Below the pieces are notes generated by a model, which did no database searches, was not told the origin of the DNA, and saw only the letters and a list, made by a program, of their open reading frames with translations. Shown one piece after another: positions 20,863 to 35,093 of a stretch of 64,000 bases of DNA (positions within the stretch are counted from its first letter, which is position 1; every line of letters begins with the position of its first letter). Location of the stretch: the NCBI GenBank assembly GCA_013265495.1, contig MU058387.1:806001-870000 (forward strand), written 5' to 3'. Both the position numbers and the translations under genes were made by a program. This DNA is from Vicugna vicugna (lineage: Eukaryota).

Positions 20863-23800
20863 AGTAAGTTCCTTGGGATACTGCCAATTCTTGCTTTGTT
20901 CACATCCAAGAGGAATGAGGGACCTTTCCTGATGACACAGAGGGATGGCAGGAATGAAGTGGGTAATAGGGTTTTTCATTTTCTCTTACCTTGAAGACGA
21001 CGTCTGTGTTTTAAGGCCCTTTGACTCTGTGTGTGAGGGGTTTATGTGAAATTTTCACATTCTTTCCTATTTCTTGACTAAATTGTGTGTTCCTATGAGT
21101 ATCTTTTGAATAGACACACATACATTGAGCATATTATTTTGTGTTGGTGAAATCTATGTTTAGAATATATAAATACCAGTGTTATCTCATCAGAATAGTC
21201 CTTTTTCCCCCCTATTTCATTATATACACTGTTGGCTTTAAATGTCAGTTTTCCTAAAGAATTCTCATGGTATTTTCTACTTCAGAATTGTTGATAGCTC
21301 ACCCACTCATCCTTTCAGTGAGCACTCATGAAAATGTATTTATTCATATGCACAAATTGAACTTGGGATTAAGCTCATGATTTTCCAGAACCGTTTCTCC
21401 AACCCCGCTTGACTAGTTCACTAATAACGTATTTGACAGAGAGTGAATCAGGAAATAAAACCATGACACTTCAGTTACTAGTATTAATGATGTACAGAAT
21501 CTCTGTTGGAAAATTAACTATGAAAGACAGTGGTAGCAGTGATTCATGTTACAACTGGGAGAGTTTATGTAAGATAATGACTGCGTATTCTTGGTCACTT
21601 TTGCTGAAAGTTACAGACTTGACTCTATTAGACCCTTAGTCAAGGACTACCATTGATTCAAAAAAGCTTATGAAATTTCTGCTCTGTTCCAGGCATTGCT
21701 CTGAGTTCAGAGATTTCATAGAAGAGTAGAATACAGTCTTAGCCAAATTAAATATGTCTTCTACTCCAGCATATTCCTAAAGAAATGTGTTTGTTCATCC
21801 AATACATTTACTTCTCACCTACTTTTTACAAAGTTCTTAGTTAGGTTCTACTGGAGATTCAGAGAATAATAGGATTTCAGTGCGAAGGAGCTCACAGATC
21901 GTGTAATAAACTTGTTTTCTAACACATTCCAGCATCTCAGAGCCCACGTAATAACTTTACATTCTCATTAAACTCAAGAGTATCTAAGGTAACAAGACAT
22001 GTACACACCTGTTGGTAAATTTGATAACGTATCAACTTTATGTATCAGGTATTTAGAGAGAGATTAGATGATCTTGGTGTTTAATAGATGCCGCAGAGGG
22101 ACAGTGCCTTGATAATAGCACAACTCAATTGAATCAAGTGTTCAAATGTATATCAAGTAACTGAAAATTTTGGAATCGTATGTGGTCATTACACTTGCAA
22201 CTTTTTCATTCCCACTGAGTGCCAGAATTGAAATCAACCCAAGATGATAATAATAATATTAGCGTCTAACTCCATGGACTCAACTTTTCTTGCCTTTTAA
22301 TAAACTAACTAGCCTTAAGACTGACTGGCCTGCGGGACAAATTCTTAGTGTTTAAGATTTTCAGTGGTGGAAAAATCACAACTCCACTCTGTAGGTGCAT
22401 ACATGAATTATCATTTGTGACAAAGCAAGAGAATATTTTTACAGACCTCAAAATATCTGTCTTTGAACTCCCTTGGTCATCCATTTCTGTATTTTAATAG
22501 TGATTTTATTTTTGGGATTATTTGATGCCTGCTCATTGATTCGATTAGAAAACTTCAGAGGGAATCCAGCTACGGCTCCATCCACAGGGTGAGCTGAGAG
22601 AACTGTTAAAAAGGACTTGAGTCAGGGTATTTTTAGTAATGAACTTGTTTAGAACTTGAGAAGTTGCTCTAAGTATTTTGTAAATCCTGCTGGAGATGCT
22701 CATGGGTCAGAGTCTATTAGGGTGTCAGCAAACTGGCTGCTGGATTTATACCTTTTTATTTCACAGCACAAATAGAGAATGTGTGCTTAAGAGGATATTA
22801 CATGAGCATCACTGCATTAGTTACACAGAAAGTTAGGGATAAAAAATGTTTAATGTTAAACTCCAAATCACATATTATTTTAGGCTGATCCCATTTGTCT
22901 ATTTTCTTGGTATGAATTCTAAACTAGATGAACATCTCAATATATCCTTAGGGGGATTCTTAAAATTTGACATCATAAATCTCCATAAAGGGTCCATTTT
23001 TTCCTAATCAAATACAAAACCATGGTGGATCAGAGGGAAGTATAAGCCTTTGTTAGTTTAGTTTTGTTTTCATTCAGCAAATATTTGCTGAGGCCTGGGA
23101 GGTTTTGGTGCTGAGTAAGACTGTTTTCCAGGAGACTTAACTTTGCATCATCAAAAATCTTTCCTGGAAGCTACTGGTATTCAACACACGTCGTAGACTA
23201 TTCCCGCCTCTTTGCCTTCTTTGAGCGCTCGTGCACCTCTATTTAAATAATCAGCCAACGATCTTAGTCCCAGCACTTAGCGTGCTCTCTCAAAGGTGTT
23301 TTTTCTCTCAGTCTCCTGACCATGATGTGGTTAAGACCCTTCCGGCAGTCTGTTCCCACATCAAACTTCCCTACAGGCTCAGGACGAAGGATAATCTATA
23401 ACGAATGCCTGATGTGACATTGTGTCAATTTCAAAATGTTCCATCATCATTACGCTAAGAGAGAAGTCAAACTTCTTGTGCGACATGTACATCTTACCAC
23501 ATACTGCTCCCTGGTACTTCTTACCAGTATTTCCTCCTCATTCAGTCCGTGCTCTAGATTAGATATGTATCTTAAACAAACAAACAAAAAAAAATGAAAA
23601 TCTTCCTGTCTGTCTCCAAGAGATCTCAAGAACCTTGTCTGGTGACATGCTTCTTCAAGATACAATACAAATGCAACCTCACAGCCCACCAAACCTTGGG
23701 AAATGTCTTGGATCACACCAGTCAATTATCTGACCTCTCTGTGCTGTTAATATAACTTTAAAACACTTTTATTTGTGGAGATTACACATTGTACTTTTTC

Positions 23801-25384
23801 GTGGGTCTGTTTCATGCCTGCACTCGAGGTCCCTGGAGACAGAGCACATATCCTGCCAACTGTTGAATCTCAGCCAGTGCTAAGTGCATTGTCCCCATGG
23901 CAGGTGCCCTGTACTCGCTTCTGGAGAAAGTGTGATTGGAGCTTGCGGGGGCCCTGCGGTGATGTCAGATGCCCTGTGGGATCTGTTCTCTGTGCTCAGC
24001 AACCCTGTCAGTCTCCTGTGGATGGATGATTTTTTTTAAAAAGCCGCAGAAAGAGCCATAGAATTGTGAATTACGTGGAATAAGCATTGCTCAAATGCCA
24101 CAATGTAAAACAAAACACATTTTCTTTAAAATCTCTTGGTTATCCATTACTGTTTTTTATAGAAATTTTGTCTTGGTGATTTTCCAATAGCCACACATGT
24201 ATCTGATTTGAAAGCTTGAGATAAACTCAGGAGATGTCTATCCTCCCAGACTTCCTCACCCAGGGAAGCCTAAGAGAACCATTAAGATGATTTGAAGAGT
24301 AGCCTGGTATTTTACAGACAACCTCACAGCTGAGCCAGCTTACACAAGGCATATGAAGAGCTATGTTAAGGAATCATCTTGTAACAAAATGTCACCATCA
24401 TGAAAAGTACACAACATCTGGGCAGACACAAAGTCAAAGGGAAGCATTTTGACAGTTGGCTAGTCAAAACGAATTCTTCACATGCGAAAAGCAGAGGTAG
24501 CTTTTGTTTGTTTGTTTCCATCGGCAGTATCAAAAGGAACAGGCATTATTCACTGTGTCATATCCTGTGTCAGAAATACAGCATAGATCATTTAAAGGTT
24601 CACATTGTATTGTCTCGGTTATTGCCATGAGAATAAATAGTCTCTCCTAGAAATGCTATTCCCATAATGAAGGATGCAGTGGAGAGTGGTGGTTATTCAG
24701 AACTCAGACTTGCATCAGGCTGACTTATTTTGGAAATCCACCTCTGCCACTAACCTCACCTTGTTAATAACTTACACTGAGGGTCATCAGTTTCTTGTGC
24801 CTTAAAGGGAGACATTGAAGACTGACACATATGTTGGCGGTCAGAACTGAACGCAGGTACAGCCGTTAATGTATTATCTGGGATTGGGTCAGTGACATCA
24901 AGCACTGTATACTTTTCAGGCAAACCCAGCTCACAAGTAAGAGAGTGCCATGTTGTCAACTTCATGTGATGAAACCGAGCTTCTTCAGTATGCAGATGAG
25001 AATTATATGTAGGAATCATCTATTTAGAAGTGTTAGCCTCTAAAATTCCACATAACTGTGTACAACCATTATCAGTACAAGTTTGACAGGGAGTTTTTCA
25101 TTTTCTCTGTCCTTTTATTCTGGAACAGTGGGGGAAAGTGAGATTCTCTAGGGTAACACAGAACAATACTGGGTCCTCTGTCTGCTGGTGAGTGGGAACC
25201 CTTATACAGCACTGCTGAGCAGAAAGAGAATAGACTTCTTTGTAGTGTTGCTCTTTCCTGTCTAATCCTGGCATGGTTGTTGCTGAAAATTAATTCAGGA
25301 AAAGTATCAGATGGGTGAGTATCAGAGTGAGTGTTCAGAAGACACTGGCAAACTGAAACATTTGAAAAATCAAGGTGGGAAGTC

Positions 25385-25575
25385 GGGGAGGAGATAGCTC
25401 AGTCCTAGAGTGCATGGTTAGCATTCTCAAGGTCCTGGGCTCAATCCCTAGTACTTCTGTTTAAAAAATAATAATAAATTTAAAAATAAATAAATAAACC
25501 TAATTACCCCCCCCAAAAAAAGAATTGGATGGCCACTTAAATGATAGACCAGTGGCTTTCTATAAAAAATTTAAA
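25385..25575 (+). mobile_element. tRNA-Ala-derived SINE (vic-1-like, camelid) with an extended 3' part
   Basis: ggggaggagatagctcagt.ctagagtgcatggttagcat...ggtcctgggctcaatccc (A box, AGC anticodon arm, B box), AT-rich spacer, cctaattacccc, A tail. TSD aaaaatcaaggtgg / aaaaatcaaaatgg. Confidence 0.85.
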
Positions 25576-28500
25576 AAAAATCAAAATGGTAACTTTCTGT
25601 TTCTAAAAATCTATAATGTTAAATGACATGGTTTTATTTCATTCTACTATACCACAAACCATAGCATCAACATTTACACTTGATTGACAGTGAGGATGGT
25701 AACAACCCAACGGAAGAGTATTTTAATGGTTCTGCAATGCAGATGCAATAGTCTACCAGCTGTCACATAGTTCCTTCTTGCAATCAGTACCACTCTTGAT
25801 TTCATAATCTAGTTGTAATTAAGAAACATGCATCCTCTTCAGCTGGGTCGTGTTCTTTTTTCCTTCTCTATGCTTTCTGTTATAGTAATTTAAAATAGTC
25901 TCAAAGCAGCTCACTCACTGGGGCCCATATGAGCATTATTTTCCTTCTGATCCTGTCTTCTCTTGATCAGTAAATACAGAAGGTCAGATATCCAGATGCT
26001 AAGGGGGAAAAAAATACTTTCTATTCTAGTTTTTGACTGCAGAGTTTAATTGGTTTCAGGGCAATTATTTGGTAGACGTAAGTCAACACTGCCATTCCCA
26101 TGGTCCATAGGCGATTTCTATTCTGTTTGGGCTAGTGTCTGTTTTGATAGATTGGCACACAGCTCTTTCTATCGTTAAATGTTTTACATAGAAACCTTCG
26201 TTATTTGGAATACAGTATGCTCCTCTAGCGTGTTGGAAGTAAGGGAGAACCAGTTGCTTTATAAGGGGGGCCATTTACATCTGATAGAGACCAACAGCTT
26301 CTTATATCACCTATTGGGCGGAGAGCTAAATTACTGAAACATTGTGAATCCCTTTCGATCTGAGTTCAAAGCTACCTACGGCTAGATTCATCCTTGCTCC
26401 AACGCATACTAACCTTGAGCCTTGGACACGTTCATGTTTCAATTTCCTCATCAGTACAAAGGGTCATTGCACAGTTTACCTCTGCAACAATACAGCACCA
26501 CACCTGACACGTACCATGTGCTCAATAAATGATTTTCTGAAAATTATATGGAACACAGCTCAGGTGTCCCTTACATCTTGGTAAGACCATTTCTCTCTCT
26601 ACCTTGTTTCTCATATGTGAAAGCCTCAGAGTTTGGCTAGTTTCTTAAATTCTTTTAAGCTTTAAATTCTGTTTCATTCTTGGTAATTTTTCCATGAAGC
26701 TTAGTTTTAGGTCATTGGGCTGCTTTAGGTCCTATGTTCTTACACATTTTAGAAAAATGTGTATGGACTAGAAAACAGGGAACATCCAAACGCCCAGTTT
26801 CATTACCTTTATCCTGAAGACTGGCATGTCCCGCATTACTTATAACAATAGTAAACGCGACATGTTTAGGAAGCAACAGGCACCATCATTTAAAACAGGA
26901 GCTGTGGGATCACTTTCTGCCTGTTTGATATTATTGAATGTTGATGTTCATCAGCTTCCTCATATGTGAAATGAGATACTAAAACTGATGAGGTGTCAGT
27001 GAGACAATTTATTTCCAGTATTCAGTGCAGTGACTGGGATTCATTCAAACCCATTTCCGCTGAAGAATTACGAATAAATAGAAAGAGAAGCAAGTGGAAT
27101 GAAACCCCTTATTAAACCAATTACCTTTTCTTCAAAACAGGAAAGTTTACGAATATGACTAAGTAAACATATTTATAAAATACTGTATTTCGATAAAAAG
27201 TGTCAAAGATCGATTTCCCCACAAGAACAATTGTATAAGACAAGGTTGTTTCTTAGCATATTGGTTACATCAGACCTTTCATTTGATGGCGATTACACTT
27301 TAAATATGCAGCAGAAAATGAATTATGAGAAAAATACCCAGGAAAACAATAATTGATAAAAGTGGTTTATTTTAGATGAAATAGAACAGATACTAACATT
27401 GACTCTGCCACTTCTTATCTTTGAACCTTGAAAACGTATACAGTTATGGTCTAAAATCAGTAAAGGACAAGGACTTAGAAGAATTAGAAATTACTCCTTT
27501 TCAGGACCTTCAATATATTTATAAAAGCATTGCCTAACAAGTAGCAATGGGGTGTCAATGTCCAAATGTTTATTTAGCCTTGAAGTGATTGGCCAAGAAT
27601 CCCAGCCAGTAAATAATAGTTTGTTTGATTACATCATACACTTGTGTTTAATAATGATATATTGTTTCATTAGAGATTTTTACAGACTTTCCAATAATTT
27701 ATAACAAACTAATGACTGGTATTTTAAATGAGTGGCTTTTAATTGCATGGCTGAAAAGTGATCTTTAAGACTCAGATTGAGGTACACTCTCTGTTCACCT
27801 TTTTTACAAGCCGTTATGATTCTCATGCATTAGCTCTTTGTTATGAAATTTTTAAAAGTCCATTAATTCTAGAAAGAGAATTTAATAAAGTGTAACCAAA
27901 CTAGTAACATAATTATTTTTTGATATTAGCTAAGTACTATGCTTCTTCTATAAAGGACCAAAATAGCATTTGAAAAAGAATTTATCAAAGTAAATATTAT
28001 AAAATGATTTAATCATATTTTTTCCAAACATTAAAGTTCTACCTGGCAGTTCAGGAATTTCTACTGGAAAGTTGAACTGGCCTTATTAAAAGTTATTCAC
28101 GCATTCCCCATGGTATGAGTATGAGATGATAGAAAGAGCATTGGCTTTGGAGTTAAAATATTGATTCATTCACTTACTAGCTGTGTTCTTTAGGCAAATA
28201 ACTAACCTCTTTACTATTTGGCTTCTTATCTTTAAATGATATAATAAAAACATCTGCCATAGTGTTGGTGTGGGGATTCATTTAAAATTACCAACAGAAT
28301 ACTTAGTTCATTGTAGTCACTGAGCTGTACCAAGGACATCCAGCTTCATCCTGCCATTTCCAGCCTCTTTCCTTTCCTTTTGTTTTTTGCTCTCACTTCT
28401 GGTTGAACTCAGTGCTTTCCTGCCCTGCTGTAATGAGGACAAATGTCTCACAGTCTGCTCCTCCATGAGATCCTCAGAGAAAGATGCTGTCTCATGTAGA

Positions 28501-28899
28501 CAGCAGTGATGTAGCTTTGAGCGTGGAGCCACCAATCCTGCCACGCTTTGGATATGTTCATCTGTTGCTTGAAGTAAATCAAGACTTACTGTTGTTCTTA
28601 CTCTTTGTCCTGTCATCCTCCTCTTTGCTTGGAATCGCCATCCTTGTCTTCATTCCTTTGATCCCAGGCATCATCACCAACATGTGCACATGTTACCTAG
28701 ACGTTCGAACAGTGAAGTGTTTACTAGCTGTTATGATGGGGGTTGGGAATATATGTCTTATCCAAACAGAACACTTACCAGTAGACGATGGGACAAGAGA
28801 CAGTTGAGTATGGATGGAGAGAGAAGAAATGGAAGAGTTTGGAGCAAAGGCCACTAGGATGGACTGCCCCCAGGAGGGACCCCAAATTTGGGAGGAACA

Positions 28900-29305
28900 T
28901 TAAGGAGAGCAAGCTATGCCTATGTGGTTGGGACTCCACGAAGCACTCTAGTGCTGTGGGTAGAAGGCTGGAGGCTGAAGGGAACGTATTCACCTCTGTC
29001 CTCCTCTCCAGGCCACCCTTACCTGATGACTGGCAAGCATGGACCAGATGACAGCTAGCCATGGGGCTATGAAGTTCTGGGCATCTTACTCCAACTTGGA
29101 TTAGCTCTGAAGGGCCATGGCATCTTGCAGATGGGTTGCAGGTTCAATTTAGGCTTCATTTCAGGGGTCACAACGCCTTCACTTCTCCCTCTACCCTGTC
29201 CTTCCTTCTTTCCCATCCCTTTCACAGCTGTTGATTGCAAGAGCCCTTCCAAATAAGCCTCTTGCATGTGAATCTCGCATGCTTCCCCGAAAACCCACCC
29301 AGCCA
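28900..29305 (+). mobile_element. LTR16-like ERVL solo LTR
   Basis: 3' end cacagctgttgat..caagagcccttccaaataagcctcttgcatgtgaatctc...tgcttccccgaaaaccca. Confidence 0.6.
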
Positions 29306-30742
29306 TTGCCTGCTTCATACTTCTGCTCAAGGCTTAGATTTCACTGCAAAAAGGACGCTAATTTTATGACACTGGGCTTAAAGGTGTTCCCTACTTGTTG
29401 AACAACGGGAAGTAAAATTAACTTCATGTTGTAACCTCTGACTGTTTGATTCTGTGCATTAAAGTGATGCATATGGACATATACGAGGCCCAAATTTTGC
29501 TGTACGTTTATGGCAAACCTATTTTGGTTAATCAGGAGTTCACCTTTCCCCTTTTCCGGTGGCTGTCAAATTTCTAAGGAGATAACCCTAGTACACCCTA
29601 AAAATAAAATTAAAAGAACACAAAGTACAAAAAAGCAAAAATAGTTAACATTCAATTCTTTGAAGCAAGTGAAACCAAGTTTATCAATTTTGTATGAAAA
29701 TGAAGATGTCTAACAAGAAGACAATCAAAATGATTGCTGTGGTACAAGTGTCTCCTGCGGACAGATAAAAACTGGAATGAAACCAAAAGAATTTCCAGAG
29801 CAGGCAGTGTCTATTCTGTAATAATTTTCTCTTATGATCCAATTATTTTAACTGCCTTTGCAGGACCCTCCCAGATCTTCTCAGTCATGGGCTGGAAGCT
29901 GGGAAGACAGTGCCTCATTCACCGTTGCTATGTGACCTTCTTCCAGTCCAAATGCTCCTTGACACATGCAGTGAGCCCCATGGCAAGTTGTGTATGGGCC
30001 TGCCTTCTTGTGAAGTTGACGAAATCTTGACAGGAGTAAGAGCAAACTGAATGCTCTTCCTGAAGTGGGTTATACTTTTAAAATAAGCTCCTCTTCTTGA
30101 AAGCAGTTGACCCACATGAGCAGAAAGGAGATGAGTATTGCAGCCCATCAGGTGTTTAAAGTGCCCTGTTTACTTTCCATGGTGCGACAAAGCAGAAGAA
30201 GGGACTCCACAGTCATTCTGAGACTTGCGATTTTACTTTTGGCTTCTTTCTAATGCATCCCAAGAATGGGAGCAGTGAATGATTTGTGTCAATCTTGTTG
30301 GAGAGCTGCTGAGTTTTCTTATGATTTTAGCTGGAATTGGAGGCTGTGTTAAGAGAATTCATACGTATAGACTCTTGCTACCGTCAAGTGCATCACTCAT
30401 TTTAAAGGTGAGATAACGGAAGCCACTGAAAGGGCAGATAAAGTCAAGGAAATCTCGAAATGACCAACCTGAGCACTTTATTTCCAAAACGATACATTTT
30501 ATCAGGGTAGCAAGGTGATCTGTGGCCTAATGGCCCAACCAAGCTGCTGACTACATTCAGAATCATGCAATTGCTAGTTTTTAATGCAGATCATGACCCA
30601 GATTCCCTTGGGAAGTAAAATTTAGTCCCCAAAGTATGTATAGCAAGTATTAGATATTCTGAGAATTTTGTCTTGTTTAATCCTTGGGAAAGCCACTGAG
30701 AGCTTTCTCTCCAGAAGCAAATTAGAAGCAGCAGAATTAATT

Positions 30743-30779
30743 AATAATAATAATAATAACAACAACAACAACAACAACA
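30743..30779. repeat. (AAT)n(AAC)n compound microsatellite
   Basis: About 5 AAT units followed by about 7 AAC units. Confidence 0.9.
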
Positions 30780-31399
30780 TGATACCAAATTAATAAGTTC
30801 TCTCATCAAGGGCTTTGCCATCACAGAGTTCTTTGCTGCCATATATTTCCTACTTTTTAATAAATGTGCCTCATTAAAATGACTACTTCTGCATCCACGT
30901 TCTCCATTCTCACTGGCCAGGCTCAGCCTTTTCTATTAGTCTAGCATCTCTGAAAAGAGATTCACGCCCTTTGATTACAACATTGCAAACTACTTAAATT
31001 ACCTGGCAAACACTTCTTTAGAAGCTGCCTCCTAATCTGTCTCACAAATAGCTGGAGAGAATTAGTGTCAATATTTCTAAAGTGCAGATCCCACCTTAGG
31101 TCTTTCTGTAGCACAGCTGAGGGGCCTGGTGGAAATCCTGACCTGGCTTTTTTCTAATCGTGTAACCCTGGGCAAGTTGCTTAAACTGCAGCCATAATTT
31201 CCTGGTAGGTTTGGTGTAAGTACTAAATGAGTTTAAATTCACGTAAAGTGTGTACAACATCGATTGCATCATGTGGGTGGCAACATTCTAACCCCTCCCA
31301 CAGTGTATTTGGTCTATGACTTATTTCTGCTAAAACCCACTAAGGTGAAAACTAACAATTGAGAAGGATTTGAAAAAAACGTAAGAACCTCCAAGGATA

Positions 31400-34300
31400 A
31401 AAGAAAGGAATACAGTATTTCACGCTGGGATGGCAAAACCTTAAGTCGGGCTGGTTGGTTCAGTACTGGGCATTCCCAATCTATTATATACATTTTTTTC
31501 TGGAAGGACTCAATCACATTTATTGGCCTCTTTTGCATGTAGAGTCCTACATGTGAATTAGGATCTGCCAGTGATGTGCACATGTACAAAATTTGCAAGG
31601 CAGAAATGAAGTAGAAACTCTCCACCTCTTGATGTTTGGGCTTGGGTACAAGTCAGGCAAGGTGGCCATAATGCGTGTTACAGGGTCTGGTCACTGACTT
31701 CCCTGAGGTCAGGGGGTGGTAGCAGGAGACCCCTGCTGTCTGAATAAAGCCTTGGACACAGCAGTTAAGAGGTGGCCCTGGATTTCTTCCTCCATTCCCT
31801 ATCCCCATCCCCAGGCTCTTTCACTATATACCTCATATTTGTATTAAATCCTCTCCTGCCTAAAATAACTAGAATTATTTCCATTTATTTCATTTTATAC
31901 TGTCAGATGAAGTATTTAATACCAAACCTGGTTACAGATCCACTTACTTAAGGATAGAAATTTGGTATTGGTTGCCTACCCCGGTTGAGTATGAGAAAGG
32001 AGACAGTCCTATCAGTGCATCGTGACACATTGCTAATTCTTGGCTTGCAGCGAAAATCAGCTCCTGCAATTATTGTCTTAGGTCACCTGGAATGCAGTAC
32101 CAATTAAAGCCAAGGTTTTGTGGTTTCTTCAATAGAATTTTATGATGAGAATATAAATATAATAATTGTAGGGTAGGCTGGCTCTCATTGACTGGACTGA
32201 AAATTGAAGAGAAAAAAAACAACAAATTCAAGAGTTTTAAATACTTTGCTCAAGGCAAGTCAGGAACCCAAGGAGCATCCATGACTACCTCCCACAATCT
32301 TTTATATCTTGTAGCTGTAGGGCTGCTGGTGGCAAAAAAGAAAAAAAAAAAGTCACATAGTGTCTGATCTTGTTTATTGCTGCATTGGAATGTGGGCTGA
32401 ATCATAGCTTCACCAGGCTTCCTCTGTGAAAATTACCGCATTGGTTAAGAAAGATTGAGAACCCAGCGAATTTGAGTGGGAACATTAGATGGCTTAGATT
32501 ATTATGACCATAATGAATGTCTAAATCCACTGAACCTTCTTTGCCAGTAGAGGCCCCCTCATCCCTGTTATATTAGGTTGATTCTTCCCTTCTTGGAGAA
32601 CTAACTCACCATAAGTAACTAATGTGTAAGGAATGCCATTTCTCCCCATTGTCTACCCGCACCATCTCACTGCCTCCATACGTATAGTTAGAATTATTTC
32701 CCAGTGTGTGAGTAGAGATCCAATACGAAGTGTGAGCCGAGAGGAAAAGTCTAAAACCTTAAAAAAAAAAAAAAAGACTAGTTTATTTTCCATCAGCAGA
32801 AACCTGGGGAACATGTAATAGATTGGAAGGAGGCTGCACCTGATAGGAAAAATCATAAACATATTGGTCCAAATTAACCAATATGGCTGCACGGACCAGC
32901 ATCTGGATCTAATGTGCTGGCCCCAGAAGCCCAGTGGTGTGCTGATAGCTGGTTGGTGGATGGGTTGACTAAAACCTGGACTCAGTGATATTTCACACCA
33001 AATGAAATTAAGATGCAAGAAATTCCTTGGCTTATTTGTAGAATCTGAGACTTGAGGGGGATAAGAACATTGGAGTGACTTATCATGTACCTCATTTGAA
33101 CTTCTGATTATTTCAACTGAGCAAGACCAGAAGGTATTTCTTCCACCAAGGCATTAATCAATACATTGATGAGGACTGTCCTCTCTCGGACCAAGATGAA
33201 GGTGTAAATACTACCCTTGAAATGGGCTCCATGTTTAAGTAGGGATGAAGGTATTCTGGAGTGACAGAGGTCAAATGACAACATTTGTTACCAGGTATCA
33301 TGTGGACGTGATTATAACAGACATCAAGAGGACAGTAGTAGGAGAATGGTATAACCCATCTTCTAAGACTGGATAATTACAAACAACTCTGTAAGTAAAA
33401 TAGATGTTCAGCTACCTTAATGTATATTAAATGGTGCAGCAACAGAAATGACCCAGGTGTGACAAATGGAGGCCTGAGTCTAATGATCACAGTGGCGGGT
33501 CACAGCCACCCACCCAGTTCCCAGACCTGAGGTGGGAGAGCAGCGATCTCTGTGATAAGCCCATTTAACTTGCTTTCTTCAGCCATGAAGAAATTGATTA
33601 TGTTTTGGAACATAGCAGATCAATGTCAACTTAATCAGGCGGTGACTCGTTGCTAGTGTTGTGGAGGCACGTGGTCAACTCACTGCGACATCTCGTATTC
33701 AGCTATAAATCTAGAAATTTCTTTACTTTTATTTGAATGTGCAAAGAACACTGCAGTGGTTTGCCCTCACCTTAATATTTCTCATGGCAATATCACGAAT
33801 TACTCCCTGGGCCCTTGATTGTCTCATGATACCAGAAGATGTCACACAAGTCTACTAGTTAATGACATCAAGTGACTTTTCAGTCACTTAGAACGCTGGG
33901 AGTAAATTACAGCTTAGACAGCTTGGTAATTTCATACATATACCGGAAGTTGGGAGAAAATCCTTTGTGAAAATTCAGGACCCGCCATCTTTTGCAAATT
34001 TCTGGGGGTTTGATGGGGCATATCTGGATATTTCTTTCAAAGAGATAGGGCCAGTTTTTGGTGGGCTTCTTGGATGTCTGAAAGCAACATATACTATTTT
34101 GGGATGTGCTTCTTGACTGCTTTTACTAAGAATCACTATGGCTGTGTGTCTGCAGTTTCTTCCAGGGCAAGAGGAGACCATCCAGCTGATCCAAACTGTG
34201 GTGCAAGCTGTTCTTCCTGTCACTTGGTTATAAGGGTTCAGCAAACTCAGTAGGGCCCAAAGTGTCTGAAGCAGATGGCCAGGGAGTTCCGAAAACCTTG

Positions 34301-34925
34301 CAAATCTGATAGGAGATGAATAATGTAGACCTGTGGGTGTTTTAAAGCAAAATCATGTCTTCTTCCTGAACTTAGTCATCTTCTTATGAGGAAAAGACCC
34401 TTCCTTGCTAATAGATGCTGGGAAAGGCTGAACACTTGACCATCGGTTTGAGTAGCCAAAGGGTGAACTGTATTGGATACAGTCAAGTGGCACTCAGCAC
34501 TTGTTTCCATGTCCTTCTGGGTACCATCTTGTACTAAGGAAGCTGTAAGCTGAAAAATGCATTTCCAGACCCCTCTGTTGCTAGCTCTAGATAGGAATTT
34601 GGTGCCACCATTAGATACACTCATACATTTCGAAAGACAGAAATGGAGCGGAAGCCATTTATGTTGCCATTTCAGTAACCAAGTTCACCGTGACATGAGT
34701 GTCAAGGGCAGTTGTGGTGAGACTAGGGGCTGTGCAACGCAACAGTGTTTTTCTTACTCCCAGAGAGCCATCACTCACATAGGCTCTGGAACTTAATACT
34801 ACCATTGGCAATCCCCTTTCTCTGCTTCTTTAATTCTTCATACAATTTTCTAAGTACCTAGTTCTCCTCTTGCCTAAATATCTGGGATAGGTTTTATTTC
34901 TTAAACTGTATCTCTGACCAGTTAC
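31400..34925 (+). mobile_element. Degenerate ERV-L-class provirus: LTR, deleted gag/pol relic, LTR
   Basis: Gag-like segment ~32150-32450. RT-like segments aacttaatcaggcggtgactc (~33627), a decayed YIDD region (~33850-33870) and aaattcaggacccgcca...aaatttctggggg (~33971). Similar LTR ends cctctc.tgcctaaa...gttaca at ~31850-31935 and ~34865-34925. Confidence 0.6.
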
Positions 34926-35093
34926 AGAGAAGTTTCTCTAGTTGTTCCCAGAGCTACAACAGGGATATCAGCTCTGAGCTGTCATCAGTGTCAGTGGTTA
35001 TCTGTTCGATGCCCATCTCCTAGGAAAGGATAAAATCCATGAATTTGGGGACCAACAGTTGTTTTGATCAGAATTTAGCACAATACTTAGCAC

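Noticed and set aside
25385..25460. tRNA-Ala gene (also 35560-35638)
   Set aside because: Stems and B box are degenerate, and the SINE tail and TSDs mark these as retroposed copies.
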